This document shows, piece after piece, positions 27,173 to 34,345 of a stretch of DNA of 34,345 nt. Below the pieces are notes generated by a model, which saw only the letters and a list, made by a program, of their open reading frames with translations, ran no database searches and was not told the DNA's origin. Origin of the DNA: Dehalococcoidia bacterium. GTDB taxonomy: Bacteria > Chloroflexota > Dehalococcoidia > SHYD01 > SHYC01. Both the position numbers and the translations under genes were made by a program. Positions within the stretch are counted from its first letter, which is position 1; each line of letters starts with the position of its first letter. Where the stretch lies: contig SHYC01000003.1 of assembly GCA_009693005.1 (NCBI GenBank), forward strand, positions 1 to 34,345, written 5' to 3'.

Positions 27173-28912
27173 TTGAGGTTAAGAGAAAACATGCTTAAGA
27201 GTAGTTCTTTAGGGGTCTGGAGTCTCCTGGCAGCAGTTGCGGTAATGGCTGTCCTCTTCTCTGGTTGCGGCCCGGCAGCACAACAAGCCGGGACCGAAGA
27301 AGAGAAGACGAATCGTGAGAAGCTTCAGGATACCGGCGCAAAGGCAGCCGACCAGTTGGAGATAGCCAAGGAACGGGGTGGCAGACTGACGATCCCCGAC
27401 TCAGGGGCTTTTGGCAACCCTAATGACCCTCATCTGACCGCCACAGCCACCGGCCGGACATATTCAATGCCCGTAACCAACGGAATACTCAAGAGAAACA
27501 TCTATGACAATTTCGCCATTACCCCTGACCTGGCCAAGAGTTGGGAGGTCTCGAAAGACGGCCTGACCTACACCTTCAAGTTCAACCAGGGTGTGAAGTT
27601 CCATAATGCAGCTCCAGTGAACGGCCGTGAGTTTACCTCCGAAGATGCCAAGTATACCCTGATGCGAATGACCGCCGACCCATCGGTTATATTGGAGAAG
27701 TGGAAGCCGCGCTTCCAGAGAGCTCTGGACTTTGGCAAAATGGAGGGAATGGAGACCCCTGATAAATATACCCTGGTCGTCAAGCTCAAAGAGCCTTACG
27801 CTCCCTTCATTGACGCCGTTTCCCAGCCGGGCACCCAGGTTCTCCCCAGAGAGTTCGTAGAGAAATTCCCCGAGAAGATTGTCCTTGAGGGCATGATCGG
27901 CACCGGGCCATTTATCCCGAACGACTATAAGCATCAGAGCATAGCTTCCTTCAAGAAGAATCCCGACTACTGGAAAAAGGACTCTCAGGGAGGGCAGCTC
28001 CCCTACCTGGACGAAGTTGCCGTGTTGTATTTTGCTGACGTCCCGGCTAAATATGCCGCTTTCAGGGCAAGGCAGCTCGACGTAACCGGTGTAACCGGGG
28101 AGATCATAGCGCCCATGATGAGGGACGAGCCCGGGGTCAAAAACTACTTCGTGCTCGCCCAGTCTATAATGGTCTACCGCTTCAACATGAAGTTCAAGCC
28201 CTATCAGGACGTCAGGGTCCGTAGAGCGATTCACCTGGCCATAGACCGCCAGCAGTTCGCGCTGATTATCGGACAAGGTCTGGCGGTCCCCACCGGCCCG
28301 GTAACCCCTGCGTTCCGCGATCTGGCAAACACCAACGAATGGCTTCTACAGCAGCCTGGCTACAGGCAGCCGAAGGACCAGGATATAGCCGAGGCCAAGA
28401 GACTCATGAAGGAGGCGGGATACGAGGAGGGTTTTACGACCCAGGCCCTGTTTAACACCAACACTGGCGACCATATTTCCCTCCTGCAAGACCAGTTAAA
28501 GCCGCTAAAGATAACGCTTAAGTCGGAGCAGGTAGACTATGCAGGACAGTGGGTGCCTCGCGCCACCGCCGGGGAGTTCGAGCTTGCCTATATGGCCCAC
28601 TCTGTGAGTACCGATGCCGACAGCGTTCTTTCAGCCCATCTTCTGTCTGGCGCCCCTAGGAATTACGGCAAGTTCAGCGACCCTATTCTGGACGACCTGA
28701 TCCTGAAGCAGTCCCGAGCGGTAACTCTGGAGGAACGGAGAAAATGGGCGCAGGAGGCGGAAAAACGGGAGCTAGAGGTTATGCCTATTGCCTTCGTCTA
28801 CGCTAACGCCTATGCTGACTTGGCCCATCCCTGGGTACACAACGCCGGCGATGGTCCGCTGGCCGGCTCTTTACCATTCATGGCAGAGCAGGCATGGGTG
28901 GAAAAGCATTAA
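27173..28912 (+). CDS. ABC transporter substrate-binding lipoprotein, family 5, paralog 3 (start may be ATG 27191)
   Basis: Lipobox FSGC. Same motifs. Confidence 0.93.
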   Translation: MRLRENMLKSSSLGVWSLLAAVAVMAVLFSGCGPAAQQAGTEEEKTNREKLQDTGAKAADQLEIAKERGGRLTIPDSGAFGNPNDPHLTATATGRTYSMPVTNGILKRNIYDNFAITPDLAKSWEVSKDGLTYTFKFNQGVKFHNAAPVNGREFTSEDAKYTLMRMTADPSVILEKWKPRFQRALDFGKMEGMETPDKYTLVVKLKEPYAPFIDAVSQPGTQVLPREFVEKFPEKIVLEGMIGTGPFIPNDYKHQSIASFKKNPDYWKKDSQGGQLPYLDEVAVLYFADVPAKYAAFRARQLDVTGVTGEIIAPMMRDEPGVKNYFVLAQSIMVYRFNMKFKPYQDVRVRRAIHLAIDRQQFALIIGQGLAVPTGPVTPAFRDLANTNEWLLQQPGYRQPKDQDIAEAKRLMKEAGYEEGFTTQALFNTNTGDHISLLQDQLKPLKITLKSEQVDYAGQWVPRATAGEFELAYMAHSVSTDADSVLSAHLLSGAPRNYGKFSDPILDDLILKQSRAVTLEERRKWAQEAEKRELEVMPIAFVYANAYADLAHPWVHNAGDGPLAGSLPFMAEQAWVEKH

Positions 28913-29095
28913 TAAGTACAGGACGGTCTGCGTCTTTGATGCAGCAGCATTCTCTCACAACTTACTTTTATACAAACGTGGTAATAAGGAGGATGGTGCT
29001 TATAGTTGTTGGTTGTTAATGTCCAGGACAGTAGGGCAGAATAAAGTTGAGACGGCTCACATTTTTAGTTTCTAGGGGGAAAGAAAATCGATAAT

Positions 29096-30823
29096 ATGCA
29101 CAACACTCTTGTAAGCCGAGTCTTTATAATGCTAACTCTGGCAGGAGCGCTAGCCGTAATGGCGGCATGCGGCCCGGCAGCACAGCCTTCCGAACCTACG
29201 GCGAGCAAAGAGCCGCCGAAAATGGAGGAGCGGCCCGCAGTAGAGTTAGCAAAGGAGCGGGGTGGCAAGTTGGTGGTGACTGAGACCAGCGCCTTCGGCA
29301 ATCCTAACGATCCCCACCTGGTGGTGACAGCCACCGGCCGGGTCTACTCTATGCCGGTGGTCAACTGGTTGCTAAAGCGCGACATTTATCAAAAGGGCTA
29401 TCCGATAGTGGCGGACCTTGCCAAGAGTTGGGAAGTCTCCAAGGACGGCCTAAAATATACCTTTAAGCTCCAGGAGGGCGTGAAGTTCCATGACGTCGCG
29501 CCTGTAAATGGCAGGGAGTTTACCTCTGAGGATGTAAAGTACAATCTGTTGAGGCTCACGGCTGATCCATCCGTCATCGTGGACAAGTGGAAGCCGCGTT
29601 TTCAAAGAGCCGTAGACTTCGGCAAGATCAAGAGCATAGACACTACAGACAAATATACCGCCGTAATCAATCTTGATCAGCCTTATGCGCCCTTTGTAGA
29701 CGCAATCTCTCATCCCGGAACGGCGATTCTTCCAAAAGAGTTTGTCGAGAAGTTCCCAGAAAAGGTTATCCTCGAGGGAATGGTCGGCACCGGCCCGTTC
29801 ATGCCGGGAGGTGAGTACAAGAACCAGCAGATAGCCACCTACAAGAAGAACCCAGGCTACTGGAAAAAGGACTCTGCCGGCGGCCAACTGCCGTACCTGG
29901 ATGAGCTCAACCTCCTGTATTTCTCGGACATCCAGTCGGAGCTAGCAGCCTTCCGGTCCAGGCAGATAGATACAACCAGAACCAGTTCCGACATAAAGGC
30001 CAGCACCGTGAACTCCATCAAGAAAGACCAGAGCGACGTACGAGTATTCTATACCCCAACAACGAACATCACTAACTATCGCTTTAACATGAAGTTTAAG
30101 CCGTTCCAGGATGTCAAGGTCCGGCGGGCTATTCACCTGGCCGTCGACCGGCACCAGTATGTGGACTTGCTCCTTGAAGGCGCAGGGTCGATCTCAGGCC
30201 CCGTTACTTCGGCGATATATCCTGATGTCGCCAACACAATGGACTGGCTGATGCAACAGCCCGGATATCGGAAGGACAAGACCCAGGACCTGGCGGAGGC
30301 GGTGCGGCTGATGAAAGAGGCCGGCTACCCGGACGGCTTCGAGGTAGGAATGATGACCTCAACGGGAGCACAGCCGGGAGATACCATGGCGCTGCTCCAG
30401 GACCAGCTAAAGCCCTTAAAGATCACCATAAAGCCGGAGCAGGTGGACTATGCGGGCCAGTGGCTTCCGCGCGCCACACAAGGAGAGTTTGAGTTCGCCC
30501 ATATGAACCATACCGTCACGACCGACGTCGATAGCGTGATCGGAGCGCACCTGGTTTCCGGTGCGCCCAGAAACTACGGCAAGTTCGATGACCCGGTGCT
30601 CGACGATCTCATCAAGAAGGAACTAGCCTCCGTTACCCTGGAGGAGCGCAGGAAGTGGGCGCAAGAAGCAGAGAAACGGATCTTCGATGTTGTGCCGATG
30701 CTGTTCCTATACACCCGTGTGAATACTCTCTTGGCCCATCCCTGGGTCCATAACGCTGGAGATGGCCCAGTACCAGGCTCTACACAATACGTTGTAGAGC
30801 AGGCGTGGGTAGAAAAACATTAG
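29096..30823 (+). CDS. ABC transporter substrate-binding lipoprotein, family 5, paralog 4
   Basis: Lipobox MAAC. Same motifs. Confidence 0.93.
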   Translation: MHNTLVSRVFIMLTLAGALAVMAACGPAAQPSEPTASKEPPKMEERPAVELAKERGGKLVVTETSAFGNPNDPHLVVTATGRVYSMPVVNWLLKRDIYQKGYPIVADLAKSWEVSKDGLKYTFKLQEGVKFHDVAPVNGREFTSEDVKYNLLRLTADPSVIVDKWKPRFQRAVDFGKIKSIDTTDKYTAVINLDQPYAPFVDAISHPGTAILPKEFVEKFPEKVILEGMVGTGPFMPGGEYKNQQIATYKKNPGYWKKDSAGGQLPYLDELNLLYFSDIQSELAAFRSRQIDTTRTSSDIKASTVNSIKKDQSDVRVFYTPTTNITNYRFNMKFKPFQDVKVRRAIHLAVDRHQYVDLLLEGAGSISGPVTSAIYPDVANTMDWLMQQPGYRKDKTQDLAEAVRLMKEAGYPDGFEVGMMTSTGAQPGDTMALLQDQLKPLKITIKPEQVDYAGQWLPRATQGEFEFAHMNHTVTTDVDSVIGAHLVSGAPRNYGKFDDPVLDDLIKKELASVTLEERRKWAQEAEKRIFDVVPMLFLYTRVNTLLAHPWVHNAGDGPVPGSTQYVVEQAWVEKH

Positions 30824-30981
30824 TGGTTTCCTACAACTTCGGTAAGCTCTAGCAGGCAAAGCTATAAGAAGCTAGAGATACGCGTTTTGTAGGCGTCGGT
30901 GAGGGAAGGAGAAACTATGGAGGCAGCGCTGTCGATGGGGATAAGGCCCTTAGATAGCGCTGCCTTGTCTATTTATCAAGA
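30824..30981 (+). repeat. Structured 3' non-coding repeat, copy A (ends in terminator-like hairpin 30921-30965)
   Basis: Aligns along its full length with 32908-33065. Stems CCTACAA/TTGTAGG, CTCTAGC/GCTAGAG and AGGCAGCGCT/AGCGCTGCCT, followed by a T-rich tail. Confidence 0.85.
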
Positions 30982-31022
30982 ATACTTAGTGGTGTAGGGG
31001 GTTAGAAGTGCCCGGCAAACAG

Positions 31023-31129
31023 AACACCAAGCCAATGCTTTCTCAGCGCTGTGTCCATCGCGCGGCGAGGGGACCGTGAGCGACTCCATCGTCGGCATGG
31101 CAGAGCAGGTCTGGTTGGAAAGACACTAG
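31023..31129 (+). pseudogene. 3'-end relic of a seventh SBP paralog
   Basis: NTKPMLSQRCVHRAA (frameshift) GTVSDSIVGMAEQVWLERH*, compared with paralog 1 NTNTMLAQPWVHNAADGNIIGSSTNMVEQVWLEKR*. Confidence 0.8.
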
Positions 31130-31194
31130 GTGAGCCATATTAGCATTGTCCCATCAATAAGACAGAATAAAGGTGGAGGAAAAATAAAGAGAGT

Positions 31195-32907
31195 ATGTAC
31201 AAGAATAGAATAGAGTCCATAGTCCCCCTCTTTTTGGTTATTCTGGTGGCGCTGGCTATAGTCGCCTGCGGCCCCTCGGCCCAGCGTCCTCAGGAGGATG
31301 CTGTGACGACAACAAAAGAGGCGAAGAGCGCTGGGCTGCCAGCCGCCGACAAACTAGAAGTAGCCAAAGAACGTGGCGGTCTATTGAAATACCCTGCAAG
31401 TGCATTTGGCAACCCCAACGACCCACACCTGACAGCCACCGCCAACGGACGGGTCTATTCCATGCCCGTTACAAACGGGATCATCAAGCGAGACATCTAC
31501 AACAACTTTGCTATTGCCCCAGACCTGGCAAAAAGCTGGGAGGCATCCAAAGACGGTTTCACCTACACCTTCAAGTTCCAGGAAGGAGTGAAGTTCCACA
31601 ACACTCCTCCTGTCAACGGCAGAGAGTTCGTTTCAGAGGACGCCAAGTATACCCTCTTGAGACTGACCGCTGATCCATCAGTGATAGTAGAGAAGTGGAA
31701 GCCTCGTTTCCAAAGGGCCCTGGACTTCGGGGCCATCCAGAGCATTGAGACTCCAGACAAGTACACCATGGTGGTCAATCTCAAGGAGCCATATGCGCCT
31801 TTCCTGGACGCGGTATCTCAACCTGCAAGCCAAGTGATTCCCAGGGAGTTCGTCGAAAAGTTCCCTGAGAAGATCATCACTGAAGGTATGATCGGCACAG
31901 GCCCTTTCACCCCCAACGAGTACCGAAACCAGAACATAGCCTCCTACAAAAGGAACCCTGCTTACTGGAAAAAGGACTCCGCTGGAGGCCAGCTACCATA
32001 CATCGATGATCTGGCCCTCCTCTTTTTCGCCGACGAACAGACACGCTACGCCGCCTTCAGAGCCAAGCAGATCGACTTGACCTCAGTAACTGGCGAGGCG
32101 ATGAAGTCTATTATGAAGGACGAGCCAAATGTAAGGGCTCAACAGGTGCCATTTAACTCCGTATTCAACTTCCGCTTCAATATGAAGTTCAAGCCCTTCC
32201 AGGACGTCAAAGTCCGTAGAGCAATGCATCTGGCCGTTGATAGACAACAGTTCGCGGAGATAATTGGGCAAGACCTGGCGATCCCTGCCGGGCCCGTGAC
32301 TCCTATTTTCCCTGAGATGGCCAATACCATGGACTGGCTCCTATCTCAGCCAGGTTACAGGAAAGACAAGACCCAAGACCTTGAGGAAGCCAAGCGCCTC
32401 ATGAACGAGGCCGGCTATGGGGACGGCTTCGAGGTCAAGGGCATGTTCTCACTCAACACTGGTGACCACATCTCCTTGCTCCAAGACCAGCTTAAGCCCC
32501 TAAAAATCACGCTGAAAGCCGATCAAGTGGACTACGCGGGCCAGTGGGTGCCCAAAGCCACCGCTGGAGAATTTGAGCTATCCTATATGACTCACGTCTT
32601 CAGCACCGACGCAGATTCCATCTTGACTGCTCATCTTACTACTGGAGGTCCCAGAAACTATGGTAAGTTCAGCGACGCTGCTCTTGATGACCTCGTAATG
32701 AAGCAGCGGACCGCCACCAACCTGGAGGAACGAAGAAAGTGGGCACAGGAAGCCGAGAAGCGGGCGTTGGAAGTGCTACCGTTTATATTCGTTTATTCAC
32801 CTTTTAACACCAGCCTGGTCCAGCCCTGGGTGCACAACGCCGGCAATGGCCCACTTTCCGACTCACTGCCTTTTATTGTAGAACAGGCCTGGGTGGAAAA
32901 ACATTAG
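31195..32907 (+). CDS. ABC transporter substrate-binding lipoprotein, family 5, paralog 5
   Basis: Lipobox IVAC. Same motifs. Confidence 0.93.
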   Translation: MYKNRIESIVPLFLVILVALAIVACGPSAQRPQEDAVTTTKEAKSAGLPAADKLEVAKERGGLLKYPASAFGNPNDPHLTATANGRVYSMPVTNGIIKRDIYNNFAIAPDLAKSWEASKDGFTYTFKFQEGVKFHNTPPVNGREFVSEDAKYTLLRLTADPSVIVEKWKPRFQRALDFGAIQSIETPDKYTMVVNLKEPYAPFLDAVSQPASQVIPREFVEKFPEKIITEGMIGTGPFTPNEYRNQNIASYKRNPAYWKKDSAGGQLPYIDDLALLFFADEQTRYAAFRAKQIDLTSVTGEAMKSIMKDEPNVRAQQVPFNSVFNFRFNMKFKPFQDVKVRRAMHLAVDRQQFAEIIGQDLAIPAGPVTPIFPEMANTMDWLLSQPGYRKDKTQDLEEAKRLMNEAGYGDGFEVKGMFSLNTGDHISLLQDQLKPLKITLKADQVDYAGQWVPKATAGEFELSYMTHVFSTDADSILTAHLTTGGPRNYGKFSDAALDDLVMKQRTATNLEERRKWAQEAEKRALEVLPFIFVYSPFNTSLVQPWVHNAGNGPLSDSLPFIVEQAWVEKH

Positions 32908-33065
32908 TGGTTTTCTAGGGCTTTGGTAAACTCTAGCCGGGCAAGTTATCACAAGCTAGAGATACACGTTTACTGGATGTCGGTGAGGGAAGGAGAAGCT
33001 ATGGAGGCAGCGCTGCCTAAGGGGATAAGGCCCTAAGATAGCGCTGCCTTGTCTATTTATTAAGA
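32908..33065 (+). repeat. Structured 3' non-coding repeat, copy B (terminator-like hairpin 33005-33049)
   Basis: Homologous to 30824-30981. A partial third copy of the hairpin right arm (GATAGCGCTGCCT) lies at 33181-33193. Confidence 0.85.
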
Positions 33066-33257
33066 CAGTTTGTGTATTGTAGTAAGACGCCGATTTCGGC
33101 CAAAGATAACCAGCTTTATCGCGTAAGGAGTGAGGTATGACATAAATTACGGGAAGAGTCATTAAGGGCTTGAACCTGTAGATAGCGCTGCCTGCTGCAG
33201 ATGAACATGTATAAAGGCCATCGTCAAGCTAGTGTGATTATCGGATAGGAGGGTGAA

Positions 33258-34196
33258 ATGTTTGGCAAAAATAGACTGCCGAAGTGGATGTATTTAGGGG
33301 TCGTCGTCGCAGCCCTACTATTCGGCGCATGCGGCCCAGCAGCGCAAAAATCATCGGAGACCACAGGGGAAAGCAAGGTCCAGGAAGCGATACAAAAGAC
33401 CGGGGCACAATCATCAGACCAGCTCACGGTAGCCAAGGAGAGAGGTGGTAAACTCACCATCCCCGATACATCGATGTTTGGCAACCCAAACGATCCGCAT
33501 CTGCCGGCCACCGCAACCGGTCGCGACTATGCTATGCCTGCAACCAACGCGATTCTAACGAGAAACATATACGATAAGTTCTCTATCGTCCCTGATCTAG
33601 CCAAGAGCTGGGAGGTCTCCAAAGACGGCCTCACGTATACCTTCAAGTTCAACCAAGGAGTGAAGTTCCAGAACACCCCTCCAGTCAACGGTCGCGAGTT
33701 TACCTCCGAAGACGCCAAATATACTTTGATGCGAGTCACCGCGGACCCCTCCGTCATCGTGGAGAAGTGGAAGCCGAGGTTTCAGCGTGCCCTCGACTTC
33801 GGCAAATTAGATGGTATGGACACGCCTGACAAGTACACTCTGGTGGTCCGTCTTAAAGAGCCCTACGCCCCATTCTTAGACGCGGTTGCCCACCCGGGAA
33901 GCGGTATTCTGCCAAGAGAGTTCGTGGAGAAGTTCCCAGAGAAGGTTATCCTCGAGGGAATGATCGGCACCGGTGCCTTCATGCCCACGGAATACAGGAA
34001 CCAGAACATAGCCAGCTTCAAAAAGAACCCTGACTACTGGAGGAAGGACTCTCAGGGTGGCCAGTTGCCTTACATTGACGAGGTATCCTTCTTGTATTTT
34101 GCAGACATTCAAGCTCAATACGCCGCTTTTAGGGCGCGACAGATAGATATAACCAGCGTAACTACCGGATTGTCTACCATAGACTCCATTAAGAAG
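33258..34196 (+). pseudogene. SBP family 5 paralog 6, interrupted by an IS3-family element (ORF runs on to 34265 in IS sequence)
   Basis: Lipobox FGAC. Homology to the other paralogs stops at ...DSIKK, exactly where the IS terminal repeat begins. Confidence 0.88.
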
Positions 34197-34345
34197 TGGG
34201 GTTACCCCGTTTCGACGGACAGTTTTGTTAGGAGGCAAAGGCGGGATTCCTTTCCGCCATTCTAACACGTTCGTACTCTGCTGGAGACCTATACTCCAGT
34301 GAAGAGTGAAGCCGTCGTCGGTTGTAGAAGACCTCGATGAACTCG
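34197..34345 (-). mobile_element. IS3-family insertion sequence, right end (runs off window)
   Basis: Terminal repeat TGGGGTTACCCCGTTTCGACGGACAG (5'-TG...CCCC...GGACA, IS3-like), with a transposase C-terminus on the minus strand. Confidence 0.9.
34228..34344 (-). CDS. IS3-family transposase OrfB, C-terminal 38 aa (partial)
   Basis: [25 protein letters not shown]... matches the Y-N-x-x-R-x-H-S-x-L-x-Y-x-S-P signature. Confidence 0.9.
   Translation of the reverse strand, partial: EFIEVFYNRRRLHSSLEYRSPAEYERVRMAERNPAFAS

Noticed and set aside
28985-29034. AAGGAGG followed by MVLIVVGC* as a relic SBP signal peptide
   Set aside because: Too short and low-complexity to distinguish from chance.
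30917-30997. Conserved leader peptide (MEAAL...) inside the 3' repeat
   Set aside because: SD and ATG are present in both copies, but the ORF is 26 codons in copy A and 11 in copy B and runs through the hairpin. Coding is not supported.
1-34345. CRISPR array, tRNA (including tRNA-Sec near selB), rRNA or a diversity-generating retroelement behind the SBP variation
   Set aside because: No regularly spaced short repeats, cloverleafs, reverse transcriptase or adenine-specific template/variable repeat pair was seen.

Overview
Bacterial genomic window, most consistent with Chloroflexota/Dehalococcoidia (inferred from gene content and protein style, not from a search). The left 22.7 kb is mostly housekeeping: sbcC-like 3' end, DedA, chlorite dismutase/ChdC-family protein, hemW, selB, glutamate dehydrogenase, a GT39-like glycosyltransferase, NUDIX, GNAT, M23 peptidase, cobO, a KimA/YdaO-type APC permease, an MBL hydrolase, mocA-coxS-coxM-like genes and recJ. 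Small decaying accessory islets are scattered among these: a mazEF-like relic, a DUF429-like relic with a nuclease-fold/PIN pair (the PIN gene has an in-frame UGA just upstream of selB), and an unknown toxin/partner-like pair. REP- and MITE-like palindromes also occur. The glutamate dehydrogenase is fused in frame to a small N-terminal helical domain. The right 11 kb is a tandem array of six paralogous family-5 ABC substrate-binding lipoproteins with no permease or ATPase in view. It includes a relic of a seventh copy, a duplicated structured 3' non-coding element with apparent base-pair covariation, and an IS3-family insertion that truncates the sixth copy at the window edge.
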